Assembly (NCBI RefSeq): GCF_006345805.1
Contig: NC_042999.1
Span: 61,938,001-62,002,000 of the forward strand
Source of the DNA: Octopus sinensis
Lineage: Eukaryota
DNA: 64,000 bases
Direction of reading: 5' to 3'
Shown here: one piece after another, positions 13,348 through 29,000 of the stretch
How positions within the stretch are numbered: the stretch's first letter is position 1
Layout of the letters: each line of letters begins with the position of its first letter
The notes under the pieces: model-generated
Seen by the model: the letters and a program-made list of their open reading frames with translations, nothing else
Told to the model about the DNA's origin: nothing
The model's database searches: none
Made by a program: the position numbers and the translations under genes

Positions 13348-13402
<55 letters not shown>

Positions 13403-13403
<1 letters not shown>

Positions 13404-14695
13404 GAGGGGCGTTCAATAAGTAATGCCTCTGACCCACTTGCGCAGTTGTTTGATCTAGCTGAAATTTTGCATGTGCAATCATTTATATCTCTATAGAGTA
13501 AGTGGCAAATTACAGCTCTGAAATAATTGTGGTTTCTGATTTACAGGTGTTTGAACTGAGTCAAGTGTAAAATGGAGCCTGTTGAGTGTCGAGCAGTGAT
13601 CTGGTTTTTGTATTTGAAAGGACGCACACCACGGGAGACTTTTGATGAAATGAAAGTAACTTATGATGATGATGCCCCATCATATGACCTTGTAAAACGC
13701 TGGCATCGTGAATTCAAACATGGTTGGAACTCTGTGGAAACAGCTCCCAGATCTGGTCGCCCCCTTTTGCCATTGATGAGGCATCTGTCCGTCAAGTTGA
13801 GGCTGCCATTTTGGAAGATCGACGCATAACTATTCGCCAAATAGCCCATGAGGTCAAGTTTAGTACCGGGTCTGTGGAAACTATCATTCATGACCATTTG
13901 CATATGCAAAAGTTGTCTGCCATATGGATTCCTAGGTTGCTCACACCTTTCCAGAAGCAAGAACGCGTTGAGAGCTCGAGGATGAATTTGGAGATGTGCC
14001 AAGAAGATGAGTCAAATTTTTTCAAAAGACTGATTACACAGGATGAAACCTGGGTCCATCACTATGATCCAGAGACCAAAGCCCAGACAATGCAGTGGAA
14101 GCTCCGTGACTCACCTCCTCCAAAGAAGGCAAGGGTGCAGCCCCCCGCTGGCAAGGTCATGCTCACAGTCTTCTGGGACCAGGACGGAGTAGTGATGACA
14201 GATTTCCTGGCAAAGGGTACCACAATTACAGGAGCCTATAATGCTTCACTTTTGAGGAAATTAAGAGAAGCTATCAAAATCAAGAAGCGGGGCAAGATCA
14301 GCAAAGGCATCCTCCTCCTGCAGGACAACGCTCCGGTCTACAACTCGCGTGTCGCCAGATCAGAAGCACAGGCGTGCAGCTATGAACTCCTCCCCCATCA
14401 CCCTACTCTCCTGACCTTGCACCCTCTGATTTTCAGCTCTTCCTAGCCATGAAGTTGTTTTTGAAAGGAAAGCGTTTCGCAGATGATGCAGCCTTGATTT
14501 CTGAAGTCACGTCGTGGTTGGAGGACCAAGCTGGGGTCTTCTACAAAAACGGTCTCCAGAGTTGCATCAAACGATGGAGAAAATTTGTAACTCTGAGTGG
14601 TTCCTATGTAGAAAAAGACTAATAACTGTGCCAAGTTTCGTTGCTCTACTGCTATGGGAAGTGGGTCAGGAGCATTACTTATTGAACGCCCCTCG
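13403..14695 (+). mobile_element. Full-length mariner DNA transposon (1293 bp), TA target duplication, inside a (TA)n tract
   Basis: TIR CGAGGGGCGTTCAATAAGTAATGC perfect over 24 bp, 37 bp with few mismatches; TA on both sides. Confidence 0.97.
13572..14622 (+). pseudogene. Mariner DD34D transposase with two frameshifts
   Basis: HTH region, WIPRLL, ITQDETW, LQDNAP, YSPDLAPSDF, stop at 14620-14622; frameshifts at ~13765 and ~14399; no in-frame stop seen. Confidence 0.93.
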
Positions 14696-15769
14696 TATAT
14701 ATATATATATATATATATATATTAATATATATAGGTAATAAATATGTGTGTGTATGCGAATAGCTGCATATGTATACGATTGCCATTCATTTTAGTTGTA
14801 TTACAGACCTATGAATGATTTCTTTTGTTCTTTATTAAGTCAGCTGATATAACAATTTTCACAAAAAACATATTTTCGCTATTATTGTTCCAACACTTAT
14901 TTCCGTAAGTTGGATTGTTAAAAGAAAAATTCATCTTAATTTCAGTTATTCTGATGTCAGGTGTCGCCGAGTTCAACTTTGCATTTCATCCTTTCAGGAA
15001 TGAATAAAATAAGATACCACCCAGATATTAGGATTGATTCAATATTCCTATAAAACATTCTAGATGTGAATAGAATTATAATAGAAGGATAAACACAAAT
15101 ATTTAATTGCTTTTTCTAGCTGGTGGAGCAACCACATCGAGGTTCCTTCGTTGGTTTTGTTAAACAACGTTTTTTACGTGATTCACCTATAAGATTTCAG
15201 TTTTACGCTTTTAGGGAAAAGATATTGAAGTATTTTTCTGTGTTTGCAATAGATATGATGATATGATTGTATGAAGCCTAATGTTTTTGGAGGGAAGAGA
15301 TATTTGGAGTTATCTACTTTTGTCAATCTCAATGCGTTTATGATGAAAGCAGTGTGTGATAATAACAGCCGGATATTAGAAGCAGGTCAGAAAACAGACA
15401 CACCTGATTATTACGTTATTTCCCATGGCGTTCACAGTGGGATAATTGATAAATTAGGCAACAACTGCGAAATTACACCTCCAGCGAGGCGCCAGTAACA
15501 ATTGAGATTTTACAAATTCACAAAAACTGAACAGTCTTGTCCTATTTTACAAGAACACTGTAGCAATTAAACCGCAGGAAAATTGCAATCTTGCTTGACA
15601 GCTGTTGTCACGTGTTGTACGGATCTGGTAGTCGCCGAATTTATCGTGAAAAATCAACTGGATGCATTTATTTTGCAGATAAGAGCAGTTAACTGTTCTC
15701 TACCTAGTGTCTACAGTGAAATAAGTAATGTAGTTGACAATATTTTCTTTCTAATTTTGGCACAAGGCC

Positions 15770-16215
15770 AGCAATTTTAAGGGGTGGAGTAGTCGATGAC
15801 ATCAATCCCAGTTCTCAGCAGACACTTATTTTATACACTCTAAAAGGATGAACAACAAAGTAGATCTCGGTGATATTTGAACTCAGAACGTAATGCCGGA
15901 AGAAATGCCGCTAAGCATTTTGTCCGACATGCTAACGATTCTACTAGCTCGCCGCTTTAATGCGGTGAACAATAATGGTTTCAAATTTTTAGCACAAGAC
16001 CAACAATTTCAGGAAGGTGCAAGGCGATTACATTTATTCCAGTGATCAGTTAGTACTAATATTATCGACCCCTAAAGAATTTTATCGACTTATTTTATCG
16101 ACCCCTAAAGAAAGGCAAAGTCGACCTCGAAGGATTTTGAAATCAGAACGTGAAGATCGAGGAGAGGCTGGCTAGCATTTTGTCCGGTGTGGTACGATTC
16201 TGCCAGCTCACAGCC

Positions 16216-16216
<1 letters not shown>
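15770..16216 (-). mobile_element. Two adjacent degenerate SINE family B copies
   Basis: Heads end at ~15956 (GCTCGCCGC) and ~16215 (GCTCACAGCC); core repeated. Confidence 0.75.
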
Positions 16217-16217
<1 letters not shown>

Positions 16218-16275
<58 letters not shown>

Positions 16276-16333
16276 TAATAATAATAAATAATAATAATAA
16301 TGATGATAATAATATAATAATATAATAATAATA

Positions 16334-16375
<42 letters not shown>
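16218..16375. repeat. (TAA)n microsatellite
   Basis: Direct reading. Confidence 0.97.
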
Positions 16376-16376
<1 letters not shown>

Positions 16377-16926
16377 GCCCTGATGCAGTACCAGGCAGTG
16401 GCTCTCGTGGCTTCTGATTTTGACTGATTGGGAGTATTATCATGTACATTGTTTTGTCTTGGTATAAAAGATGGGCTACAGCAAATATTCTGCTCAATAC
16501 CACAGATTTGCTTGTCAGTTGTTTGACCTTAACCAGTTGAGCATGTCCCTTAGTGGCTGACGATATGTGCATCTCTGATCACGAGCAGAAGTAGTGGGGG
16601 AACATCATAGTGTTTAGAGGGATTCTTTGAGGTTTGGATAATTCATCTTTGGAAACATGGGTGTTTCGTTCAACATCCTTAAACAACCCTTATTCAAGGA
16701 CCTTTTGAGCGGGATGGGTTACTCGACCAGAAGAAAATTCTAACTGAGCCCCACCTGCAAGATCATGTGCTTTTTATCTTGATATGAGATCACCATGTCG
16801 CGCACATATGGTTGTGATTCATGTGACTAGTGTACCCTCATCAGACGGGTAGTCATGATGGGTGTACTGGGCTACGTATATTTTACTCCACTGTCACTTT
16901 GATGGCATGCACTGGTCTCTCACTCA
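16376..16926 (+). mobile_element. ~550-bp non-coding element bounded by (TAA)n on both sides
   Basis: Complex sequence starting ATGCCCTGATGCAG and ending CTCTCACTC, with (AAT)n immediately on both sides; strand is a guess. Confidence 0.5.
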
Positions 16927-16989
16927 ATAATAATAATAATAATAATAATAATTGATTCTGCCAGTTCGCCACTTTAACATGGTGGACAA

Positions 16990-17383
16990 TATTCTTTTCT
17001 ACTCTAGACATAACGCCCGAAATTTTGGGGGAGGGGGCCAGTCGATTAGGTGGACCCCAGTACGCAACTGGCTGGTATTTAATTTACCGACTCCTGAAGG
17101 ATGAAAGGCAAAGTCGACCTAGGCGGAATTTGAACTCAGTCCGTTATACCTATTTCTTTACTACCCACAAGGGGCTAAACACAGAGAGGACAAACAAGGA
17201 CAGGCAAACGGATTAAGTCGATTATATAGATCTCCAGTGCGTAACTGGTACTTATTTAATCGACCCCGAAAGGATGAAAGGCAAAGTCGACCTCTGCGGA
17301 ACTTGAACTCAGAACGCAGCGGCGGACGAAATACCACAAAGCATTTCGCCCGGCGTGCTAACGTTTCTGCCAGCTCGCCGCCT
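16990..17383 (-). mobile_element. SINE family B: full copy at 17150-17383 plus a truncated copy at 16990-17150
   Basis: Same family B head and core as 6978-7206. Confidence 0.85.
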
Positions 17384-17739
17384 TCGTGGTGGACAATATC
17401 AAGAAGACAAAGAGTATCATATTTACCACCTACTTCCGGTCGATCTCTCATCAACATTTTTCAGTAGCCCTTCAAGGGTAAAGTAACATAGAACAAGAAG
17501 CAGCCTTACTAAAATTGGGCAAGTGTAGGAACCAAGTTGAGAAGCAACTTTTTTACCACACAGCCATTCCTGCTCCTGCACACATCTGGGAAAGTGTATT
17601 TGAAGAAGTCTGGTAATAGCTCATGCAAACAATTTTCCCCTCCCCATGCTATCACTGTTGTACACGGAAAAGGACATTAGTGTCGTCGTAGACGCTATTA
17701 TTGCTGATTTTCATTGCTCTCAACGTGGTTACCAACTTC

Positions 17740-18198
17740 ATCGCTATCATCATCATCATGATCATCATCATCATGATCATCATCATGATCATCATCACCA
17801 ATCATCATCATCATCATCAATCATCATCGTCATCATCATTATCAATCATCATCAATCATCATCATCAATCATCAATCATCATCATTAATCATCACCACCA
17901 TCAATCATCAAGCAACATCAGCAGCATCATTATCATCATCAATCATCATCATCAATCATCAATCAACATCAGCATAATCATTATCATCATCAATCATCAA
18001 TCATCATCATCATCATCATCATCTATAATCATCGTCATCATCATCATCAATCATCATCAATCATCATCATCAATCATCAATCATCATCAATCATCAATCA
18101 TCATCAATCATCATCATCAATCATCGTCATCATCATCATCATCATCAGCCTTGTCATCGTCATCATTATGAACATCACCCTTGTCATTATCATCCTTG

Positions 18199-18230
<32 letters not shown>

Positions 18231-18545
18231 GTCATGATTATCGTCGTCGTCATAAGCAGCAGCAGCATCGTCATAATTATCATCATCATCATCATTATTA
18301 TGATCACTGTCACAGAGTCATCATTCTTGTAATCATCACCGCTATGATACTTTACCGCCTTATTATTATATCATCCTTATTATCCTTATTGTCATCATCA
18401 TCATTATCCTTGTAATCATCATCATCATCATCATCATCATTATCATCAACGTCATCATAATCACCCCTGTAATCATCACCATCACCACCGCCGTCATTGT
18501 CGTCATCATCATCGTCGTCGTTCGTCGTTCGTCGTTCGTCGCCGT
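17740..18545. repeat. Long degenerate (ATC)n/(ATCA)n low-complexity tract
   Basis: Direct reading. Confidence 0.95.
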
Positions 18546-18804
18546 CATCATTCTCGCAGTCATTTCATGGCGGCCGTTGATGTCGTTACTCTTACTTTGG
18601 CTGTTGATTTAAGTAATGAACTAAACAACTATCAACTCTAACGACTCGCTCTCTATTTATTGCCGTTCCTTTCAACTATATTCTATCATTGAATGGCAGA
18701 TTAATTGCTGGAAATCTTTACTTCAACAGGAGAGAGAGAGAGAGAGAGAAATTAACAGAAGCACATATATATAAATAAATAAATAAATAAATATACATAT
18801 ATAT

Positions 18805-18860
<56 letters not shown>

Positions 18861-18861
18861 G

Positions 18862-18895
<34 letters not shown>

Positions 18896-18964
18896 TGTAT
18901 GTATGTATGAATGTATGTATGGATGTATGTATATATGTATGTGTATATATATGTGTGTATATAT

Positions 18965-19200
18965 GGTGGTGGTGGTGGTGGTGGTGGTGGTAGTAGTGGT
19001 GATGATGATGATGATGATGATGATAATGATGATGATGATGATGATGATGCTGATGATGATGGTGGTGGTGATGGTGGTGATGATGGTGATGGTGATGATC
19101 ATGATGAAGGTGACGATGATGGTGATGATGATGGTGGTGGTGATGATGATGGTGGTGGTGATGATGATGGTGGTGGTGATGATGGTGATGATGATGATAA
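18965..19200. repeat. (GGT)n/(GAT)n compound microsatellite
   Basis: Direct reading. Confidence 0.95.
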
Positions 19201-19402
19201 AAATAATAACAATGGTCGTGTCGCTTTTATAGCTTTCGCTACTGAGTCAGCTGAATGATGTATGGTTGGAATCTGGCCAACAATCTAATTATTAGAAGAA
19301 AGAATTGGCATTCGTACAGGAAAACTATGATGTATATGTCTGTTGGTGTGTGTGTGTTGTGTGTGTGTGAATCTATGGTGTACGTATGCATGTATGTGTA
19401 CA

Positions 19403-19453
<51 letters not shown>

Positions 19454-19608
19454 TGTGTGTGTGTGTGTGTGTGTGTGTGTCTGTGTGTGTATGTATATAT
19501 ATATATACATATATGCACGCATCATATATACACATATATATATAATATATATAAACATGAGACCACATATTTATATCATATAAATTCATATATATATATA
19601 TATAATAT

Positions 19609-19663
<55 letters not shown>

Positions 19664-19712
19664 TATATATAGATAGATGGAAATATATATATATGATGTG
19701 TGTGTGTGTATG

Positions 19713-19746
<34 letters not shown>

Positions 19747-20355
19747 ATATATATGCATAAATACATATGTACACTTATCTGTATCTATGTGCATAGTTGT
19801 AAAGTTTTTCACAGTATAATTCGGTGAATACGCTAGTCTGTGAGTTAAGATGGCATTTGTTTAATATTTCTTGGTACGTACCTACGAGTATAGCTGTAAC
19901 AGTATTAGTTTTGTTAGTTTTGTGTTCCCATATTTGTATATATGTATGTGTGTGTGCGTGTGTGGGTGTATGAATGGTTGAATTCGTTTTAAATGTGTGT
20001 TTATGTACATATTCGTCTATTCATATGTGCGTGTATGTCTAAGATCGCGTTGTGGCATGATACTTAAGGATTTTAGTTTAAGTAAAGACCTGAATTCAGA
20101 TTAAATATATACTCTATATCATCTATTGAGTTCTCTCTTCTTCATTTATCGACAAAATGTGACGTTTGTACATAATGTACACATGCACACAAACATAAAT
20201 GTATGTACTACGTAAGTATATACATCCGTAAATACATACGCACACATATAATATATATACTATGTATGTATATACATCCGTAAATACATACGCACACATA
20301 TATATCGATACATACATAGTACATACACATATACATACATATTTGTGTGTGTGTA

Positions 20356-20394
<39 letters not shown>

Positions 20395-20489
20395 TGTGTG
20401 TGTGTGTGAGTGAGTGTGTGCATATACATGTATACAGACATATAACGCTTAAATATATATTTCTTTAGGTCACATGTTATTTACTGATG

Positions 20490-21100
20490 CTTCGGACCGT
20501 GTCTTTCGCCAGGAAGACAGGTAAAGACTTTGGTTGGTGTTCTACACCTAATTATGTTTGATAACAACGGAGAGTATAGAATGTTTGCGAATACATATAA
20601 GAAAAATAGTGAGATCGAGAAATGAAGAAACGTTAAGACAGAATAAATCTGGAAGTGGAAAGAGAATAAAATAATTAAGGAATGCATAGAGCACTCAGGA
20701 GATGTAGTAGAGGTTATACAATTTGCAATTTAGATCTGTATTACTCAAAGTTTCACTTAATCTAAATATATTTCTATTGTTTGAATGCGGTTATAAGAGA
20801 TAATGGTGTCATTGAGACCCAAATGTGTTAAGTAATACTGAATAAGTGCTATAGACAGACAGACCATAGTTAATTTCCAGATTCGGTAATATTGCGAATA
20901 ACGGGTTCAACGTTGGTTCTATGTCAGCGCGTGTATATAAGAATTTTTTGCGTAACGAGATAAAAAAAACTAGGGCTGTATAGATATTAGACCATTTATA
21001 GATAGAAGGTCTTACAGCTGTTTCCAGGATATTTATTAATTATATCCCTTCATCGGAGATGGTGTGAGAGGAAAAATTAAGTCATAGTTAGTTTCGATGT
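20490..21100 (-). pseudogene. L2/Crack-like LINE 3' remnant
   Basis: Minus-strand translation ISLRKKFLYTRADIE...ILPNLEINYGLSVYS resembles the post-RT LRK.G....I..LF....P.I.YGLSVY region. Confidence 0.4.
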
Positions 21101-21806
21101 GATATAAATAGAGAGTGAGGTGGAGGAAAGAAAATAGATGTAAGATATGTATGGGTATTGAATTCGTAAATCTGTTTTATAGGCATAATGATATATATGT
21201 GTAATATTCCAATATCCTTTGAGTAAAATCCATCAGCCACAAGTCTTCAAGAAGGTAAATTGTCATTAGATAATATAGCATATCACCTAATGACAATTTC
21301 CCTACTCGGGTCGCTTAAATAGGTCAGACGTTGAGTGACTTTTAGTGGTCACAGTGGCTGTTGAATGTAGTTAAACGACTAATGAATGAAGGATCACTTC
21401 GACGCAATAGATTGGAATGGTCTCTTCCCTCTTGTTTCACTGGAAATTCCATTAAAATTTTATGAGCAGTATCATTAATTATTAGTTGGTCTTAAATTAG
21501 TTAAACAGGAGCTGCGTTGATGACAGAAGTTTCAAAGTTTTCCCCTCTTCTTCTTAAAGGATGCAGCCAGTTGTTGCAATACATGCATATATACATACAT
21601 ACACACACATACACGCATATATATATGAGAGAGAGAGAGAGAGAGATAGACAGATAGATAGATACATAGATAGATAGATAGTTAGATAGATAGATACATA
21701 CATACATACATACATACATACATACATACATACATACATACTACATACATATATATATATATGTGTGTGTGAGTGCATGTATGTCCGATCCATACATGCA
21801 TACACA

Positions 21807-21876
<70 letters not shown>

Positions 21877-22200
21877 GGGAGAGTTAACGAAAAAGACAAA
21901 AGACGAAGACAGGTGGTGTAGACAACAAACAGAGGTATTAGTTTAACGCTCGGGAAGTGAAAAGTCATTAACGTTTCGAGCCTACGCTCTTCCACAGAAA
22001 GAAACAAGGAGAGAAAATAAAGAATGTGTAGTGGCTAGCGATCTATCATGTCGAATGCCGGAGAGAAGGGTCACACAGGAGAGCTAGGGAGAAGGGGAGA
22101 TAATAAAGTAGTGGTTATCCCAAAACGAAGGTGCGCATGCGTGTGTATAAGAGAATTTGTATGTGCGTGTGGAAGAGGACTAGTGACCTCGACGTGTGCG
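21877..22200 (-). mobile_element. PLE-type 3' end (family P), hammerhead-like motif at ~21965-22003
   Basis: Minus strand CTGTGGAA-GAGC-gtag-GCTC-GAAACGT; abuts (TA)n. Confidence 0.7.
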
Positions 22201-22439
22201 TGTGTGTATGTGTAAGTGTGAAAATGTGTGTCCCGAGCTTGAAACTGCCTTTATTGTCTCTCAGAGAAATTGTACACAGACACACACACACACACACACG
22301 GACGAATAAGGAGAGGCCTTGTAGAGTATACTCGATACGCCCCTCCTCACCTTCACTTTATGCTGCAACAACGCAATGAAAAGACCTTCGCCTATCTATA
22401 CCCTCTCTATATCCTATTATAATGCTCTTTCAATGCCTT

Positions 22440-22900
22440 AATCTTAAGTACGGTAATACCTTTACTCTTTGCAAAGGCAATGCCACGGCAATACTTTCAC
22501 TCCATGTTACAACGATATTGCCACTGTATGACAAAGTCGTCACGCTATGCTACTTGCAGTACCTTCAATCTATGTTATGACAATACAATGACATCTTCCC
22601 CTTTTGCTAAGACAACGTTGTGTCAATATTTTCATTCTATACTATGATTTTGTCAGTGTCTTCATTATATGTTGAGGTACTGTTAGGACAATAACTTCAC
22701 TATATCTTGATGCTATGACTATGCTCTGACTATGCTCAGTATATCAGTTTATGTTATGACAATGCCATGACACTACCTTCATTTTATGTTATGAGAGTGC
22801 TATAATAATATCTTCACCCTATAACAGTGTCATGTTATGACAGTGCCATGAAAATGCTATTTTCTTACACTGTGATAGTGCTACAACAATTTTGACGCAT
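22440..22900. repeat. Old degenerate ~35-bp minisatellite
   Basis: Recurring GTTATGACAATGCCATGACA...TTCA.T.TAT-like units. Confidence 0.45.
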
Positions 22901-23128
22901 CTATGATTATATCACAGCTCACGCTGTTTCATTGCCAGCTGACCTGCAACAATGCTTAACTCTAAATTGTAGAGAGAACCGTCACTGATTAGTAACTACT
23001 GTTGACCTCAGGAAAATTCCATAAAGTAGGCCATTTAGTGGGCCATTTAGCTTAATGGTAAAGTACTCAGTTGGTATCTGAGGAGTATGGGGTCAAATCT
23101 TGTAACCATCCTCTGACAACTTTTTATA

Positions 23129-23606
<478 letters not shown>

Positions 23607-25804
23607 ACCAAACATAGTTTCATAATCCAAATATCATTGTATTAAACATTTGAAACATCACTCGAAGTAAATTCAACAACTGAAAGCCAAGCAGACGGAG
23701 AAACATCAATATGCACCAGACTGGATACTGGGATCGATATAATCGATTAAAATTCGTTGAAGGCGTGGCCCCAGTAAGGCCCAAGATCAGTGACGGAAAT
23801 CAATAGAACATGAAAAGATCAATTTGTGTCAGAGCGAACACTTCAAATTGTTATTCAATGCTTTTATTGCTGATGTGTAGCCTAGTTTATCCCTGATGGA
23901 GCAGACCCAGAACCAAAGGTGTTTCACCCTCGGCCAGCTGCATTTTCGTTCTCTTTCTTTTCCTTCCTTCAGATTTTGCATGTAATAAGACTACGTTATT
24001 TAATGCATCTTCCCATTGTATTTTTTAAAGATGGTGTAATGTGATTTTAGTGTATATGTGGCTAGTTGGTATTTCTAGCTTATCGAATTCCCACGTAGAG
24101 ACTCCCTATTGCTCGCAAAAGATCAATATTGTGAATATATTTTGAATAGTATGGAAAAACCATTTAGGCTGAAGTAGAAATGAAGGTCTACAATGAGTGT
24201 GGAGATGGTGAAATTAATGAAGAACAGTAAATGTATCTGAAACTGTTGAAGGGGATTCAATATTATATTGAAACAATGGTTAATACACAAAGAAAGAAAA
24301 TACATAAGAAAGAAAGCAATTACATTCCACCGCAGTTATGTAACTCTCAATAGAATCATTGTAGGGAGAGAGGGTGGTAATCTTAGAGATGCTCCTAGCG
24401 GTGATGCTAGTGGCGCTGCTGTTGGAGGTAATATTGATAGTAACAATGTAAAAGGAAGTAAAAGAGAATAAGATTAAAAATCAAAACGAGGCAAACAATT
24501 GCTAAAGAAACCGCCATGAAAAATTAACTTCAAATTCAAGCAGAAAACGTAATATTTCTTTTTTATATAGCGTTTGCTTTTAATTTCATATTTTTACTAT
24601 TTCCTGCTGTTTTATTTATTATTTTCGTTATCGTTGTTGATGTTCTGCTGGTGGTAGTTTTATATTATTTTTAATCATTTGAACACCGAAGAATACATTT
24701 GCTATTATTTTACGCTCTTTATTTTTTCCTTATCTTACTTTGTTCTTTGCGTTAATACTTTTGCTACGTCTTTTATTTTCCAGGACAGAAATTAGCATTC
24801 TATAATAATTTAGTGTCATGTCGTGGTACTTCATATAATTAAACATTTTTCGGTAGTGGAGGGCGTTTTATTGTTTCTTTTTTTTTTTCGTTTGTTTGTG
24901 TTTGTTTCTGTTCTTTTTTTCTTCTTCTGGTTTTATTGCTTTAGATATTGTTTTCTATTTCTGTCGTTTATCTTAATTAAAGAAGAGAAAACAACAGCAA
25001 AAATATGAGCCATAAAGGAAAATATTCATTGTTTTTACAATGAATATTTGTTTTAACCAGCTTAATGAGCAAATTTCTTTCATCCTATTGAATACCCAAG
25101 AGAAGCATTTCTTTAGTTGACAATAATATTTTAAACGTAATAGAAACGACTGAGTGTAGGAGTTGGAGTGCAGCAGTTCAGTGTTCGCTGTTTGATCAAA
25201 TGCTGCCATTTAATCTATGTACCCTGCATGAGTTTTCAAGCTACGCCATTATGAATCTTATCACACAGAAAAGACAATGTTTATACGTGGATTGAAACAC
25301 TAGTTAAATCGAAATTCAAATTACTGCTTGACAAATATAAATGTGAGATAACTGTGAGATACAGTTTCAAATCATCAAATTGATGGCATGGCCACGTCTA
25401 GAACTCCCCTTTATCATGGTTTTGATTGATCAGTTTTTACCAGCAACTTCACAGGAAGACCACCAGCTTCTCACTCAGAGACTTGCTGGAGCAACCCTGT
25501 TTATATAACAGCATTGTACAAACACAACTACAGTTTCATCAAAATTCCTCAACATCCACTATCACGCGCGCGCACACACACACACACACAGGCGCGCGTT
25601 TGCATATATGTAAACACACACGCGTATGCATCTTTATGTAAGCACAGATGACGCACTCATGTATGCACACACATGATTCATAGAGACGGATGTAATAATA
25701 TGTATACATACATACATACTAATTATAAGAATACGCTAATATATACCTACACACACACATATATACATATATATAGACACACACACATATAGATATAGCT
25801 AGCT

Positions 25805-26092
<288 letters not shown>

Positions 26093-29000
26093 AAAAATAC
26101 ACACATACATACACATATATATATACATGTGTGTATGTATGTGTGTGTGTTTTATCTTTACAAGGAAACGGTAGACAGTTACTTTGAAGTTTTAGCTTAC
26201 TAGCCTTCATCAAATTATATATGTGTATGTGTGTATACAAGCATATGCTATTATATATTACACACACACACACACATACACACACACACGCATGTACGCA
26301 CACTCACACACGTGTTTGTGTCTGAGAAAGTATATATATATGTATATATATACATACATATATACATGTATGTATGTGTATCTATTTACGTATTTATCTA
26401 TTTATCTGTCTATGTATGCATCTATTTATGTACGTATACCTACATATAGCCTCTATATAACTAAAAATTCTGTGCCCAAACATATCCTATTAGCTTTTTC
26501 ACTGCTTCTTTGTTCTTATTAAAAACTTTATCATTATAAACATACAGATGTAATCACTGTATAAATTCGCTGAAGTGAACAACGTCTGTAAGCCTGAATC
26601 CGAATGCGTGTGTCTGTCCTCTGTATGCGTATGATGTGGCTATGTCAAGTCACGCTTATCGAACTGTGACTACTATTTGCATTTTCTTTCGTTTCTTAAA
26701 GAATCTAGATTTGCTTTGATTACTTCTATGTATTTATTTTTTTCAAAGCTCTGCCTAGCACAATTCCAATCTTCAACAATTATTTCCATCTGATTTCCGT
26801 ACATAACATCTATTTTAAGTCCCACATTTTCATCTCTGGTCGTTCGTTAGTTACTTCTTTTCATTGAATATCGGTAATGATAATCGTCAAGGAACTCAGA
26901 AAGCCAACATGAACATCATCATTATCTTCATCATCATAAACCTCATTGTATTCGTCGACGTCATCGTCATCATCATCATTATCATCATCATCGTCGTCGT
27001 CGTCGCCATTTTCATCTTTTCGTATGTTGTCATATTATATACACGACCTGTGATTATTCACGTTGAATAGAAAGCAAAGCACCAGAAATCAAAGACAACA
27101 AACAACTGATCTAACAGAAGAATTCTTTTATTGTAACCTATTTCGAGGTTCATTCAGTGTGCACGACAAACCAGAGTAACATTCCGTCTCTATTAGTACA
27201 CGAATAGTTGTTCCAACTGAATGTTATTCTGTTACTAAAAGGATGGAATAAAGGCAGTTAAGTATCAGATTGGTAGACCATACGAGCCGCACGAACATTC
27301 GTATATTTCCAAGATACCAATTATTATTGGTTTCTTTAATTCTTATACAAATGAGCGGTACTGTTTGATCATGATCTGTAAAGTGCCAGGAGACTTAATA
27401 CTGATACCTGTAAGTGGTTCATTGTTAAAATGTATATGTGTGTGTATATGCCTGTGAATGAAAATATATGTGTGACGGGGAATGAATATATTTACGCTTA
27501 TATGAGCCAAGAGAAATGCATATTTACGCATACACGCATTCACGCTCTCACACACACACATATACACACACACATACACGCGCTCGCGCGCGCGCACGAT
27601 TTACACACGTATACAGATGTGTTTGTATGTATAAATGTGTGTGTGTGAGTGTATGTTTTTATGTTTATATATATGCTTTTATGTGTGTGTGTATGTATGT
27701 ATATATTTATCATTCAGTTTACTTCAAGATTTTTGCCAATACAGAAAGGGCCGGTTTCTAACCTAGATTCAAAGCTACTACACTGGGCTTTCAACATCAA
27801 CTGGGTATTTCTGTATGCATGTATGTATGTATGTATGTATGTATGTATGTATGTATGTATGTATGTATGTATGTATGTATGTATGTACGTATATGTGCAG
27901 ATCTGTGTCTTTTGTTTTACGTATGTCTTCACATACATATACTTACATATTTAGATATGCTCATATATACTTCAATGTTAAACTTCTAGAAAGTTTTACA
28001 GACTGTTGTAATTCCAGTTATGGCTTGGATCTGTAGTCTTCGAATCAGCTTTCTCCTTTCTAGTTTTGAGAAGTCTAATAAGTATGTATGCATTTATGTA
28101 TGTATGTATGTATGTATGTATGTATGTATGTATGTATGTATGTATGTATGTATGTATGTATGTATGTATGTGTATGTGTATGTGTGTGTGTAAATGTGTG
28201 TGTGTAAGCTTCATAACCTACATCCGCCAATCGCAAGCGAGTATGACCTTGGTTGCATCTACAATACGTTCGCTAATTGTTTTAGATGTCCATGTGGTTG
28301 CGATTGCACAAGATATCCTCTCGTTTTCCCACCCTTCAATCAGTGGAGCATCCAGGATTTGACAGCTATCCAGTCTACTTGATATACGAACGAAATTTAT
28401 ATGAATATGTGTGGATATCCGAATGCATGTAAAAAATACATGTAAGAAAATCATATAAGAAAATCTCATATTAGAAATTGTTCAGACAGAGATTCTCCGC
28501 AAATGGTATTTTCCAGCATTTTTATATTTCTGGAAGGTCATTTTTTTTAACTCAAAATAAATACACGCACAATATGCTCATCCTTCACTTCAACTTTATT
28601 ATTATTCTTATTTTAGTGTCCATTGTCTGAAATCTTTCATCACACATCCCCTGACCTCCATTCATGTTCTCTGTTAATATTCGGTCTGTTTACTACTATG
28701 TGTATGACCTCTGTAATCTAAGTATCATGTCTATTTCATCTGTTGAGATTATCTTAATATATACGTACTTAATGGAGTCTTTGTGTTTAAATTGAGCATG
28801 CTAGTAGAATACTGATGAACTGTTCTCCTCTTTGAGCTCCCGCCAGTATTCACCTATCCGCTCTACTATGTTACGTGCTATCTCCCCAAGGTATGTTGTT
28901 GTCAATGTATGTATGTTGTTGTTGACAATATCTGTTTCAACACACGATTTTACATTAGGATTCTTGCAAAACAAATACATAAACGTATTTTCCAGTATCT

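Noticed and set aside
15271-15780. Two non-repetitive short ORFs (75 and 65 aa)
   Set aside because: No domain or splice support; consistent with chance ORFs
16376-16440. HDV-like ribozyme at the 5' end of the (TAA)n-flanked element
   Set aside because: Could not assemble the P1/P2/P3 nested pseudoknot manually
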